Origin: a virus | IMG/VR virus record: IMGVR_UViG_3300032093_000021 | Coordinates: 1-64,000 of that record | DNA length: 64,000 nt | Strand: one strand, 5' to 3' | Part shown: one piece after another, positions 38,356-48,412 of the stretch | How the letters are laid out: every line of letters starts with the position of its first letter | How positions within the stretch are numbered: position 1 is the stretch's first letter | Translations under genes and position numbers: made by a program | The notes under the pieces: generated by a model | Database searches by the model: none | The model's input: the letters and a program-made list of their open reading frames with translations, nothing else | What the model was told of the DNA's origin: nothing

Positions 38356-39156
38356 TTAAAGGTAATCAAAGAGTACCGAACTCTCATTCCTGAGCTTCCT
38401 TAGTGCTTTTTCTTTAATTTGTCTAACTCTTTCTTTGGTTAAATCAAAATCAGTTCCAATATCTTCTAAAGTTCTATTGTTTCCGGTAAGTCCGAAGTAA
38501 TCCTCAATAATAATTCTTTCTCTATCATCTAAAACATTGAGGATATCAATCAGTTTTTGTTTTAGAATATCTTGGTTATTAAAAGATTCATCAGGTGAAA
38601 CCGCATTTGGGTTTGTAACAATATCCATTAATGTGTCTCCCTCCTCATTTATAGAATTATCAATTTGGAGAATTGATGGGAGATTTGCGAACTTGTCAGA
38701 CAATTCAGTAATACCTTGTTCTACCGCCTTCTTTTCCTTATGAAGTTCTTGAACAATATTCACCGGGAGACGGATTGTTCTTGCGTTTTCATTCAGAGAT
38801 TGAAGAATTGATTGTCTAACCCACCAAACAGCGTAAGATATAAATCTGAGGTTTTTGGTCCAATCAAAGTTCTTGATTGCTTTGATGAGTCCAAGATTAC
38901 CTTCGGCGATAAGATCATTCAGATCTAACCCTTGGTTTTGGTATTGCTTTGCCACGGTAATAACGAATCGGAGATTACCCTCAACTATTTCCTTTTCAAT
39001 TTCTTCCTTAACTTGTTTGGACACTCTACCTGAAGACATAATAGAGGATAACTCTCTTTCTCTTTCAGGTGTCATAACCTTAATCTTGCGAAGGTCTTTC
39101 AAATAGGAATAGATTTCTTCCTGATTAATCGGTGCACTTTCTGTTTTTTCTTTCAT
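38356..39156 (-). CDS. rpoD: RNA polymerase sigma factor, RpoD/SigA family (Bacteroidota type)
   Basis: NLRFVITVAKQYQNQGL, DLIAEGNLGLIKA, FISYAVWWVRQ, TLEDIG..LTKERVRQI; no region 1.1. Confidence 0.93.
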   Translation of the reverse strand: MKEKTESAPINQEEIYSYLKDLRKIKVMTPERERELSSIMSSGRVSKQVKEEIEKEIVEGNLRFVITVAKQYQNQGLDLNDLIAEGNLGLIKAIKNFDWTKNLRFISYAVWWVRQSILQSLNENARTIRLPVNIVQELHKEKKAVEQGITELSDKFANLPSILQIDNSINEEGDTLMDIVTNPNAVSPDESFNNQDILKQKLIDILNVLDDRERIIIEDYFGLTGNNRTLEDIGTDFDLTKERVRQIKEKALRKLRNESSVLFDYL

Positions 39157-39158
39157 TC

Positions 39159-39695
39159 TTATTTTATTTTATGTAAAAAGTTTTTCTCATCTTCAGTTAA
39201 CGAATCCAACCCGGAATCGTTTATCTTATCCAAAATATCATTTAAATTATATTCCTCAACGAATTTTGGTTTTAAGTAATCATAATAATCATCATCTTCA
39301 TCTTCTTCACTTTCAATTATATCTAATAATTCCTCAAGTAATGGATCATATTGATCGTTACTAGTTTGAAAAACCAAATTTGCAGTTTCTAAACACAAAA
39401 AATCTTCCATAATTAATTTTTCATCCTCTTTGTTGTTGGATAGAAAATTTAATGTGATTTTGTCGTCATTTTGACATAGAATATAATTATACTGACATTT
39501 TGTCATTATACTATCTATGGACTCTTTCGCAAAACTCTGATTGAAAGTAGTTGCAAAATGTAGAACAAAAGATGCATTAACAATTCTATACTTGATTAGT
39601 GGTGCGGAATTTAGTTCCACGATTTCATTTGCCACATTTTGGATCTGTTCAAGTGTAAGATCCGGTTCTAATACGATTAGAAAATACTTTGTCAT
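39159..39695 (-). CDS. Hypothetical protein with DUF6576-like C-terminus
   Basis: LNDILDKINDSGLDSLTEDEKNFL. Confidence 0.65.
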   Translation of the reverse strand: MTKYFLIVLEPDLTLEQIQNVANEIVELNSAPLIKYRIVNASFVLHFATTFNQSFAKESIDSIMTKCQYNYILCQNDDKITLNFLSNNKEDEKLIMEDFLCLETANLVFQTSNDQYDPLLEELLDIIESEEDEDDDYYDYLKPKFVEEYNLNDILDKINDSGLDSLTEDEKNFLHKIK

Positions 39696-42067
39696 TGAAT
39701 TACTTTACTGATGTTATCAATTTTTGTTATCTTGACCACACTGTTCGCCCAGTTGGATATTAGTGGGTTATGCGAAATTACGAATATTTTCTCAAAGTAT
39801 TCTTTTATTTTCACAAAAAATTCTCCAACTAAATCCAAATTTTCATTAGAAATTTTCCCGAATACCTCATCCATCACAATTATGTTTGGTTTAGGTAATG
39901 AACAAACCTTACTCAATACTGATCTTAAAGCCAGTGACGCTATCGTTCTTTCATAACCGGATCCGGAGGACATGAGTTTCTCAACACCGGTCGAGTTATC
40001 AATCATCCAAAACTCAACCTCATTTTTATCTGAGATCTTAATTTCCATTCTGAAGTAACAACTATCCTGAAGAAGTCGTTGTAGTTCTGAATTTATAAAT
40101 GGCATCATCGTTTTAAGGATTGTTTTGGTGATACCATTCTTTCCAAATATCTCAAGATAAATTTTGTAGATCTTTTCCTTCTCCGACTCTTCTTTTATCT
40201 TCTCAATAAAATCTTTGTTTTGTTGTATTTTGCGTTCGTCATTTTTAATGAAGTTGTTATTGGTTATGATACCTGCCTCATACTTTCTTCTTTCTTGTTC
40301 CAACTCATCCAATCTAACATTTGATTTAACGATCTTACTATCAATTTCATTGTTCTTCTTGATCTTTTCTTGAGCGTCGTTATATCTTTTTACTTTATCA
40401 TTTGACCTCTCCAACTTCAACTCATATGATTCTATCTCAAGGTCCAACTTACCTTTAACCAATTTGTTTCTTTCGTAGTTATCAAATTGTGTTTTAAGAA
40501 CCGCTAGATCACTTTCTTTAGCGTTCAGATCTGATAGTTTGGACTCAAGAGTTTCCTTTTCGTCCTTGATATCTTTTAACTGGTCTATCTTTTTCTTGGT
40601 CAATTCCGCATCTATCAACTTGATACCACAATGATCACACTTGAGTCCATCCTTAAACTTGTTAATGAGCTCTTCTATTTCAGATATCTTATTCTCTAAA
40701 CCACCGATCTTCAATCTCAAATCAAGAATTTCTTCTTTTATCTTATCGTGAACTGTTTCTTCATAAAAACTTGATGGTTCAACCAGTTCAACCTCATTTG
40801 ATTGTTTGGTCAGTTGTTGAATTTTACCTTCAAAGTTTCTAATGTCTGACTGAACAGATTCCAAGTTCATAATAATCAAGTCCGGATCAATATCGGTATG
40901 TTTTGAACCCTGAAGATTCTCCTTATACTCCTTACCCTTACTAATCCTGTCATTAACATCCTCAACACTATTTTGTAAAGATGTAATCTCTTGTCTCAAT
41001 TCACCAATCTTGGTTTCACACTCCTCTATTTCCTGTTTTAATTTCTCAGAATTATAGATGTTAGAAATCATTGTCTTGGAGAAGTCAGAATAAAGTTCTT
41101 TACAGGTCTCTTCTTTTCTTTTGAGATACTCCAACCCTAAAAACTTAGTAAGGATCTGTCCTCTTGCAGTTGGTTTAGAATCAATCAGGTCCTCCAAGTT
41201 TGTAGCCGTGGTAAGAATGGTTGATAAGAAATCCTCTTGTTCTCCGATTGAAGATTTGATAAACTTCTCGGTTTCTTTTCTCTGTTCCCCGGTGAAATTA
41301 AGTAATTGTCCATCGGGTAATTTCTTAAAGAAATCAAGATCTGTTTTAACATTCCATTCACCGGACTTAGCCTTCTTTCTTTCAATAGTCCGGGCGATGA
41401 TATAGTCCTCACCATCAATGGTAATCTCACCTCTTACGGATACCTTGTTCTTGTCAGTAAATCTATTAAAGATCTCCTCAGCTTTCTGTGTTTTAGTCGT
41501 AGTGTTGAAAAATAAGAACATCAACAGATCAACAGATAAAACAGTCTTACCACCGAAGTTTGGTGGGTCAGATTCAACTACTGTAATACCATTACACTTT
41601 TCAAAGTCAATAACCTGATTCTCACCATAAGATAAGAAGTTAGAAAACTCAATCCTCCGGATATACCACCTCTTAAATGCCGTTGATTCATCTGATTCGG
41701 CAATAAGTTTGTTCTCCACCGCAACATCCAAGTTAAGAATATTATCAAGGTGTTTGTCCTGACCCTTTGACTTCAAGTGTGACTTAACAAGTTCTATCTG
41801 ATAGTTCTTATCCATCACATTGAATGTTACATCAACGGTCTGAACTCCTTCTTCAGCGGCGGTCTTAACCTTTGTAATTACATTTACATTGGTTGTCGCA
41901 TACTTCTTTTGAAAGTATTGTTTAACACTTCTGATCTTCTCTTGAGAAAAGTTTTCTACATAATCCTCCCAAATAATTTGGATATAAGGATTATCTAATG
42001 TATCTACTTTTAAGTTGTGTGCCATTTTTTTATATTCAAAAACTGGTGGTGGATTGAATAAATCCAT
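39692..42067 (-). CDS. sbcC: SbcC/Rad50/gp46-like ATPase
   Basis: NFLSYG, NFGGKT Walker A, coiled coil with CDHC hook, SGYE, MDEVFG, ISH. Confidence 0.92.
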   Translation of the reverse strand: MDLFNPPPVFEYKKMAHNLKVDTLDNPYIQIIWEDYVENFSQEKIRSVKQYFQKKYATTNVNVITKVKTAAEEGVQTVDVTFNVMDKNYQIELVKSHLKSKGQDKHLDNILNLDVAVENKLIAESDESTAFKRWYIRRIEFSNFLSYGENQVIDFEKCNGITVVESDPPNFGGKTVLSVDLLMFLFFNTTTKTQKAEEIFNRFTDKNKVSVRGEITIDGEDYIIARTIERKKAKSGEWNVKTDLDFFKKLPDGQLLNFTGEQRKETEKFIKSSIGEQEDFLSTILTTATNLEDLIDSKPTARGQILTKFLGLEYLKRKEETCKELYSDFSKTMISNIYNSEKLKQEIEECETKIGELRQEITSLQNSVEDVNDRISKGKEYKENLQGSKHTDIDPDLIIMNLESVQSDIRNFEGKIQQLTKQSNEVELVEPSSFYEETVHDKIKEEILDLRLKIGGLENKISEIEELINKFKDGLKCDHCGIKLIDAELTKKKIDQLKDIKDEKETLESKLSDLNAKESDLAVLKTQFDNYERNKLVKGKLDLEIESYELKLERSNDKVKRYNDAQEKIKKNNEIDSKIVKSNVRLDELEQERRKYEAGIITNNNFIKNDERKIQQNKDFIEKIKEESEKEKIYKIYLEIFGKNGITKTILKTMMPFINSELQRLLQDSCYFRMEIKISDKNEVEFWMIDNSTGVEKLMSSGSGYERTIASLALRSVLSKVCSLPKPNIIVMDEVFGKISNENLDLVGEFFVKIKEYFEKIFVISHNPLISNWANSVVKITKIDNISKVIQ

Positions 42068-42076
42068 TGTGAAAAA

Positions 42077-42322
42077 TTAAAGGTGTGGATCTACACTTGG
42101 TGCCGCTAAATTAAGTTGCACTGATTCTGATGTTTCTACCGGTTCTTGTTCTTGATCTTCGGTCATACCTGAGAAACTTTCTCTCATTTTTTCAAGTTGT
42201 TCCATCATAGCATCGTTGAACATCTTTTCTGTCTTTTTTCTCAAACCTGCAATTTTGTTATTGCGATTTTTTACTCTTCTTCTGTGGGCCTTTGCTCCAC
42301 CTCTTTTAGCTGATTTCGCCAT
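42077..42322 (-). CDS. Hypothetical protein
   Basis: Basic N-terminus, acidic tail. Confidence 0.6.
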   Translation of the reverse strand: MAKSAKRGGAKAHRRRVKNRNNKIAGLRKKTEKMFNDAMMEQLEKMRESFSGMTEDQEQEPVETSESVQLNLAAPSVDPHL

Positions 42323-42627
42323 TTTGTTGTATCTTTTGTTTTGTTTATAAGTTCTTTTATATGTTCACTTTTTCCGAATATTAAATCGTGAATTCTCAAA
42401 CTACCTTCCAATCGTTTATATCTCTGGTAAAGATCTTCGTGTATGTTCTTAAAAAATATGTCAATTTTTTTTTCTTGAAAACCTTTTAAGATTACACACT
42501 CTTTATTAAAATCATTCTCACCCACCAAAGATAAGACAAAAAAGAATTCATCGGCATTTATTTGGTTTTTTTCGTTAATTTTTTTCTTTGCTAATTTGTA
42601 AGCAATTTCTGACCAATCAACCGCCAT
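42271..42627 (-). CDS. Hypothetical protein
   Basis: 118-aa ORF. Confidence 0.5.
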   Translation of the reverse strand: MAVDWSEIAYKLAKKKINEKNQINADEFFFVLSLVGENDFNKECVILKGFQEKKIDIFFKNIHEDLYQRYKRLEGSLRIHDLIFGKSEHIKELINKTKDTTKWRNQLKEVEQRPTEEE

Positions 42628-42629
42628 GA

Positions 42630-42989
42630 TTAAATAATGTTGTTCTGATTTGGTCTGTTTTCTTCAAACCATTCAACCACCGCATTTATCGCCCAAACGG
42701 CTCCGGATGATAATATACCATCAAAAAACCAAGAAACTAACGGTGATACACCCAATAATTCTTGTACTGGTGAGTAAACAAACCAACCCAAGAAAAATCC
42801 ACCCCACGTAGAAAAACACATAGGACAGGATAAGATCCCGGAAATGAACTCTCCAACACTTTGTAAAGGAGCATTCTCATTTTCACCCCATTTTCTAATT
42901 CCATCTCTGAGTCCCTGAAAGATTGATCCATAAACCATAATGTTCATAAGACCATAACTCATAATAAACCATAATAATAATTGTGTCAT
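42630..42989 (-). CDS. DUF1360-like membrane protein
   Basis: LSCPMCFSTW within a three-TM protein. Confidence 0.65.
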   Translation of the reverse strand: MTQLLLWFIMSYGLMNIMVYGSIFQGLRDGIRKWGENENAPLQSVGEFISGILSCPMCFSTWGGFFLGWFVYSPVQELLGVSPLVSWFFDGILSSGAVWAINAVVEWFEENRPNQNNII

Positions 42990-43001
42990 AATTTGTATAT
43001 T

Positions 43002-43544
43002 TTAGAAAGTTTGTGATAAATTTGAACCGACCATATATCTTGATTTAAGGAACTCCGGACTTGGAGCCATAACCACAGATTCAAGATCGGATATTTTTTT
43101 GTCTTTGTCAACTAACTGTCCCCTCAAACTCTGAAGAGTTTCTGATAACATTGAGTTCTTTTTTTGGAGATCTTGGAAATTTTTTTCCAATTCTTGTATT
43201 TTAGTGGAAAATTTTTGTCTTTCTTCCTCCAATTGTTGATTTTCTTGGAAAATTTTCGCTTGTTCCTCTATTTTTAATAGATATTGTTTTCTTTCTTCCT
43301 GCCAAAAAGAGTCGTCAACAACCACTTTTTCCACAATTTTCTCTACCGGAACTTCTACGATCTTGTCAATGAAAACCGGTTCACTATTTCCATAAAGCCC
43401 ATACTTCTCAATATACAGACCTTTTTTGAAACAAGAAAAAAGAAAATTATCAATGTTTTCTATTTCATTTAATTTACAAAAAGCAATTACATCATCCCCA
43501 TCTATCTTGGGTATATTAAGCGTTAACAAGTCGTTCTGTTCCAT
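43002..43544 (-). CDS. Coiled-coil hypothetical protein
   Basis: IVEVPVEKIVEKVV repeat then heptads. Confidence 0.6.
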   Translation of the reverse strand: MEQNDLLTLNIPKIDGDDVIAFCKLNEIENIDNFLFSCFKKGLYIEKYGLYGNSEPVFIDKIVEVPVEKIVEKVVVDDSFWQEERKQYLLKIEEQAKIFQENQQLEEERQKFSTKIQELEKNFQDLQKKNSMLSETLQSLRGQLVDKDKKISDLESVVMAPSPEFLKSRYMVGSNLSQTF

Positions 43545-44295
43545 TTTCTAAATTATCAAAAGAGTTTATATAAAAAGATAAGAAAGGTTTTGGATTTTCC
43601 AAATCTGTGAAAGTATATTTATCTTTTTCCACATCGTAAAGACCAAATCCGTGTTTGGAGATTGTCTCACCGAAATTCTGTTGAATGGTTGACCCGATCA
43701 TATATGCCTTCTTTCCTCCCGGAATATCAAACACCTGTCTTTTGTGGATATCGCCACACAGTACTAGATCACATCCTTTGAACTTGTCAGAATCAAATCC
43801 CTCGTCAAACTTATATCCGATGTCTGTTGATAACCCTCTAACAGGTCCGTGAAATAAACCGATCTTTCTTTTGTCAGATGGTTCAATAACTGGTGGGAGG
43901 TTGTGTTCTGTTAAGGAATATACAACCCATTCAATATTGTCGTCTACATACACACCTCTGTCCTTGTAATAAACTATATTCTCGTTATCAAGAGAGTCAA
44001 TGATCGGTGTAAGAGCATCAAGTCGGGACATATTATTCTCCAAGAAGTCGTGGTTCCCTATGATGAGGACTGTCTTTGCAATTTTGGAACATTCTGTTAG
44101 GACCCAAGATACCATCTCAATAAGTTCAGGTGTCATTTGGTTTTTGGAATGAACAAGGTCTCCGGTGAATACGATTCTATCCGGGGCAATTTCTCCAAAC
44201 TGTTTTAACATCTTACCTATAATGCCCCGGTATAGATCGTGATCTTTGAATAATCTGATATGAAGATCAGAGAAGTGAACTATTTTGTTAATCAT
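43516..44295 (-). CDS. sbcD: SbcD/Mre11/gp47-like metallophosphoesterase nuclease
   Basis: SDLH, TGD, GNHD, FHG, GDIH, GS..Q..FGE. Confidence 0.9.
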   Translation of the reverse strand: MINKIVHFSDLHIRLFKDHDLYRGIIGKMLKQFGEIAPDRIVFTGDLVHSKNQMTPELIEMVSWVLTECSKIAKTVLIIGNHDFLENNMSRLDALTPIIDSLDNENIVYYKDRGVYVDDNIEWVVYSLTEHNLPPVIEPSDKRKIGLFHGPVRGLSTDIGYKFDEGFDSDKFKGCDLVLCGDIHKRQVFDIPGGKKAYMIGSTIQQNFGETISKHGFGLYDVEKDKYTFTDLENPKPFLSFYINSFDNLENGTERLVNA

Positions 44296-44478
44296 TTTAA
44301 TTTTTTTATAGTTTCTTAAAATAAGTTTGTGGCAAATTTACATCATTTTTTTTAATATAAAATGAGTTCATATTCATCCACCTTTGTTGTTTATTGTTTT
44401 CACAAATGAAATATAACTTTGAAAGTGTATGAAATACAATATCTCCGACTATGATCATTTATTAATAATTTTAATTGG

Positions 44479-45138
44479 TTATTCAAATATCCATTCTCCT
44501 TTCATCACTCCGTTGATGATTTTTGTTTTAACACAACCGCAATTATGTCCTGGTGCGTCCATAAAACAACCATTATTGTCATTACCAGTACATTCAACTT
44601 CTATTTCACAATTAAATCCAACAGGTAGTTTTGATTGTGATATGGATTGTATTGTTTTTTCTACTAGATCTTTTATTAAAGATTCTTCTACTAGATCTTT
44701 TATTAAAGATTCTGTTACTGTTTTTCCAATCATATTCCAACAAGCTATTTCAACAGCATCTCTCATATCCTCCTCTGTGAATTTATATTTCTCTTTGGCT
44801 TTGTTGTAACCTATTCCAAATCCAAAAGACCAATCACCTCTGTTTACAGAAACCTCTTGACCACCCGTAAGTTCTTCCCATAAATTATCTCCTATACACT
44901 CAATAGTAGGGAATGTCATCGGTAATGGTGGTAGTAAATCTACTCCATCTAAAATTGGTGAGTTGTTTAGCGATAGGTGGGCAATTATTTTTTTGCAGTC
45001 TCCGAATACTTTTTGACATGGATTATCGTTAGCGTATCTAAATACACCATAACTATCTGTCACCCAATCCCCTTCTTTAATCTCCTCATCAGAAGTGATT
45101 AGTATGTAGTTGTTTGTTTTGATAACTAAATGTGTCAT
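44479..45138 (-). CDS. Hypothetical phage protein
   Basis: ITSDEEIKEGDW...CKKIIAH; internal 9-aa duplication. Confidence 0.6.
   Translation of the reverse strand: MTHLVIKTNNYILITSDEEIKEGDWVTDSYGVFRYANDNPCQKVFGDCKKIIAHLSLNNSPILDGVDLLPPLPMTFPTIECIGDNLWEELTGGQEVSVNRGDWSFGFGIGYNKAKEKYKFTEEDMRDAVEIACWNMIGKTVTESLIKDLVEESLIKDLVEKTIQSISQSKLPVGFNCEIEVECTGNDNNGCFMDAPGHNCGCVKTKIINGVMKGEWIFE
44659..44712. repeat. Exact 27-bp tandem duplication
   Basis: ttctactagatcttttattaaagattc twice (ESLIKDLVE x2). Confidence 0.9.
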
Positions 45139-45650
45139 TTATTAAGGATTTTGATAAGTTTTTCTTTTATTCCTGTCTGTTTGATTCCTTCATTCTCTTT
45201 GGGTGTTAATACAAAGTTATCACCCAAAAATAAACTCATATCCAAATCATCCACACTAACCCAACTTGTGACATTTTTATTATTATCTAACCATTGTTGG
45301 ATTTCCAATGACCTGAGAAGTTCTAATGTGCCGGACTGATCAACTATTGGAGTAAAATCCAAGGGTTTTTTGACAACACCCATAAGATCATAATATACAC
45401 CCATATCTTCCAATGATCCGTGAAGTTTCCAATCAGAACTAACAACGATTTCAGCCCCGGTTTCAGTTAAAACTTCGTTAAGAACTTTAACCGCCTTTTT
45501 ATCAAAATTATCAAATCTATGTTCTACGGGAACTTCTCTTAATGTCATAGACATTTTTCTCCCACCCCACTTCTTTTGTTTTTTGAGTCGGGAACCCCAA
45601 TTGTTTGACAAGCAAACAACACCATCGTGATCTAAAAATAGGACTTTCAT
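45135..45650 (-). CDS. HAD-family phosphatase (RNA-repair-associated type)
   Basis: FLDHDGV, VVSSDW, EIQQWL, VDD. Confidence 0.82.
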   Translation of the reverse strand: MKVLFLDHDGVVCLSNNWGSRLKKQKKWGGRKMSMTLREVPVEHRFDNFDKKAVKVLNEVLTETGAEIVVSSDWKLHGSLEDMGVYYDLMGVVKKPLDFTPIVDQSGTLELLRSLEIQQWLDNNKNVTSWVSVDDLDMSLFLGDNFVLTPKENEGIKQTGIKEKLIKILNK

Positions 45651-45670
45651 ATCACAAAGATAAGGATTTT

Positions 45671-45985
45671 TTATATTGAAAATATATTTTCTTTTGGATT
45701 ATAATCAAAAACACTTTTGGAACCACCATTTGTGGCTTTGACATTAATATAAGGATTGGTCCCGCTACTTTGTATACTGATACCAGTATGCGTTGTTAAT
45801 TTATTATTCAATATCTCGCCAATCGCATCATAAACTCCTTTAAGTTCATCCGGTGTCATGCGAACTGTCAATGTCTCATCTTGTTTTGTAAGATTTATAA
45901 ATCCAGTGTCTTCATTTACACCAACCACAACAACCGATTCGTCTATAATAATTCGTTTGTCAATTAGTTTTGATTCTTTTTTCAT
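45671..45985 (-). CDS. Hypothetical protein
   Basis: ORF in small-gene array. Confidence 0.5.
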   Translation of the reverse strand: MKKESKLIDKRIIIDESVVVVGVNEDTGFINLTKQDETLTVRMTPDELKGVYDAIGEILNNKLTTHTGISIQSSGTNPYINVKATNGGSKSVFDYNPKENIFSI

Positions 45986-46318
45986 TGTTTTCTTTTTATA
46001 AATCTAAAATATATAGTAGCTATTCCTAATCCTATTGTTAATACTTTTTTATATTCATAATAATCTGTGGATTGATACCCAATACCTAAATCAAACCACC
46101 ATTCTTTATGATCTAAAGTATTCCAAGCAATTTCAATTTTCATCTCAGTCATTGTTTTGAATTTGTAAAAGGTTTACCTTTTTTTTCTATCCATAAGTTT
46201 AACTCATTGTATAAAACAATATCATCATTAAATGTTGGCCCGAATCCTCTGAACATATACAATAATTGTTTCGCCCACCACAGTTTGAACTTGAATGGTA
46301 ATTTATAATAATATTTTT

Positions 46319-46645
46319 TCATTGTTTTTCTTTTAATTTATCAATATACCATTCAATACCTTCAATGAAACCATCTGCATATTGGACACTTTCAATCTGA
46401 GATCTAAACTTAGCTTCCTCTTCAATTTCTTCTAAATTTATTTTATTAGGTTTACCCATATTATATCCCCTCATAAATCCATTTATGAAAAAATGCTTAT
46501 CCTCTTCTGTGCAACCATCACATCCTTCCCAAGATTCCATGGCAAGGTCATATACTTCTTTCATATTACCAATCATTTTATCCACCTTCTCTGCTATGTG
46601 TGGCGGCATCCCATCTAATAATCTTTCATTCAATTTGTCATTCAT
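46319..46645 (-). CDS. Hypothetical protein
   Basis: ORF in array. Confidence 0.55.
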   Translation of the reverse strand: MNDKLNERLLDGMPPHIAEKVDKMIGNMKEVYDLAMESWEGCDGCTEEDKHFFINGFMRGYNMGKPNKINLEEIEEEAKFRSQIESVQYADGFIEGIEWYIDKLKEKQ

Positions 46646-46648
46646 AAT

Positions 46649-46855
46649 TTACCAATTTTCGTAATCTGTTAAATTAATGTCAAGTTCCGGAACATCTTCT
46701 CTGCCTGCCATTACGATAGTTCCAATACCGGTGGGGATGAACTTAAACCAATACCCACCGCCAGCAGCTCCAAAATGTCCTTCAGGAATAATCGGTAAAG
46801 AATTTTTCCAAACACGATATCTAGCTTCTTGATCTTCTGTTAATTCAAATTTCAT
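46649..46855 (-). CDS. Hypothetical phage protein
   Basis: GAAGG...FIPTGIG...LTDYENW motif. Confidence 0.65.
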   Translation of the reverse strand: MKFELTEDQEARYRVWKNSLPIIPEGHFGAAGGGYWFKFIPTGIGTIVMAGREDVPELDINLTDYENW

Positions 46856-47115
46856 AACTTTTCAATTTCTTCTTTTACTAATCTCCAATAAGATTTATAA
46901 TTCCGGTGCGTCTCTGAAAATACTGTTGATTTCAAATGAACATCATCTTCAGCAATTTCAATTAACTTATCAACCGCAATTAAAGCACATTCTTTAGCAT
47001 ATTGATTTTTATACATTGGATAATCTTCTCCACCGGTATAATTGGTCGCCCACGATGTTGAGATTCCCATGCTACTTACTAAATAAATTGCTTGCGCTTT
47101 CGGTGTCATACTCAT
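46852..47115 (-). CDS. Hypothetical phage protein
   Basis: MTPK...AKECALIAVD...YW..VKEEIEKL. Confidence 0.65.
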   Translation of the reverse strand: MSMTPKAQAIYLVSSMGISTSWATNYTGGEDYPMYKNQYAKECALIAVDKLIEIAEDDVHLKSTVFSETHRNYKSYWRLVKEEIEKL

Positions 47116-47365
47116 TTTTTTTGATTAATTCAAACAATTCTTCGGTTTCATCAGGTATCTCAAGAAACCTAATATGATGGTGTTTTCCTTCCACCTCCAA
47201 GAATTCATACCAAGGACCTGATGCAAAGTTGATACCTGTTTTCTCCCTCATTTCCTCACCACTGACCACATCTATAACGTGATAGATTGATCCTTTATGG
47301 GTACGGATACTACCATAACCTTCTTCATCAACACATAAGGAATTCTCAATACAGATTACTCTCAT
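47072..47365 (-). CDS. Hypothetical protein
   Basis: MRVICI N-terminus. Confidence 0.55.
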   Translation of the reverse strand: MRVICIENSLCVDEEGYGSIRTHKGSIYHVIDVVSGEEMREKTGINFASGPWYEFLEVEGKHHHIRFLEIPDETEELFELIKKNEYDTESASNLFSK

Positions 47366-47367
47366 AG

Positions 47368-47580
47368 TTATAACTTTATTTTAATTTCAGTATTGATTTT
47401 TTCTCTCCATGATTCGTCTTCAGGTAGTTTTATATTTTCCAGATATTCTTGTAAATACAAATTTAACACTCTCAAATGATAGATATACTCTTCACTATTT
47501 GAAGAATTTAATTGTGTGGTTGAAATTGCCGTATCAAATATATGTCTAACAATTTGACTACTTAATTCTTTATCTTTCAT
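47368..47580 (-). CDS. Hypothetical protein
   Basis: ORF in array. Confidence 0.5.
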   Translation of the reverse strand: MKDKELSSQIVRHIFDTAISTTQLNSSNSEEYIYHLRVLNLYLQEYLENIKLPEDESWREKINTEIKIKL

Positions 47581-47903
47581 ATCTTTTCCAAATCTTCTTT
47601 TAATCTTTTAAGAAATGTTTCCTCCCCATCATCACCGGACAGAAGCCAGTCAATCCTATGAGCATAAACCTCAGCCTTACGAAGAATATCTACCGCTTCT
47701 TTGAACTTCTCAATTACCTCATCGGGATATTTGTAATGATACATATCCTCCGGATACTTCACATACCAGTCCGGATCTCTCCAACCTTCGTCTTTGAGTT
47801 CTCTTTCAGTTTTCTTTGCTCCGTTTTTTTCAATAACGGATTCAATAGAATCGGAAATATTCCTAATTCTGTATTGATCGTAGTCGAATCTTCCTCCTGA
47901 CAT
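47577..47903 (-). CDS. Hypothetical phage protein
   Basis: MSGGRFDY...IDWLLSGDDGEE; TATATTTG upstream. Confidence 0.65.
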   Translation of the reverse strand: MSGGRFDYDQYRIRNISDSIESVIEKNGAKKTERELKDEGWRDPDWYVKYPEDMYHYKYPDEVIEKFKEAVDILRKAEVYAHRIDWLLSGDDGEETFLKRLKEDLEKI

Positions 47904-47932
47904 AAAATTTGTTTTAGATTACAAATATATGA

Positions 47933-48130
47933 CTATTTCTTTTCCTGAAAAAATATTTCTTCACAAATAATTCTTTTGTCCGGGTCCAATAATATACCCT
48001 CAAAGAACTTTTTGAGATTGTTTCTACCTAAAAGAGTGATTTTTTCTTGTAAATCCTGCTCAGTGGAGTCAGGTCTCATTGTAACGTCCTCTAACTTGAT
48101 CTTTACTGTATATTCTGCTTCATATTTCAT
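47933..48130 (-). CDS. Hypothetical protein
   Basis: Coupled ORF. Confidence 0.5.
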   Translation of the reverse strand: MKYEAEYTVKIKLEDVTMRPDSTEQDLQEKITLLGRNNLKKFFEGILLDPDKRIICEEIFFQEKK

Positions 48131-48375
48131 ACAGATTCAATTTTTGATTCTTCATCGTTGTTATCAAACAACTTGAAGTCATCGTTCACATATCCACAAG
48201 AATCACATTTGTAAGTTGGAAATGGAACAAGTGTATCTTCCGAAGAACCGGTTAGTAATTTTGATACTTTTTTTAGAATAACAACTTCTCTGAAGTAAGT
48301 GTGACCACAAGATTCACAAGCTACCGTAGGTTGTTGTCTTAAATCAATTTTGGGTTTTAATAAATCGTTGCTCAT
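48127..48375 (-). CDS. Zinc-ribbon protein
   Basis: CESCG...CDSCG. Confidence 0.7.
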   Translation of the reverse strand: MSNDLLKPKIDLRQQPTVACESCGHTYFREVVILKKVSKLLTGSSEDTLVPFPTYKCDSCGYVNDDFKLFDNNDEESKIESV

Positions 48376-48412
48376 ATTTTTTATTTTAAAGATAATAAAT
48401 TTATTTGACTTT

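Noticed and set aside
44429-44809. 126-aa plus-strand ORF and other short antisense ORFs in the track
   Set aside because: Mostly or wholly antisense to better-supported minus-strand genes
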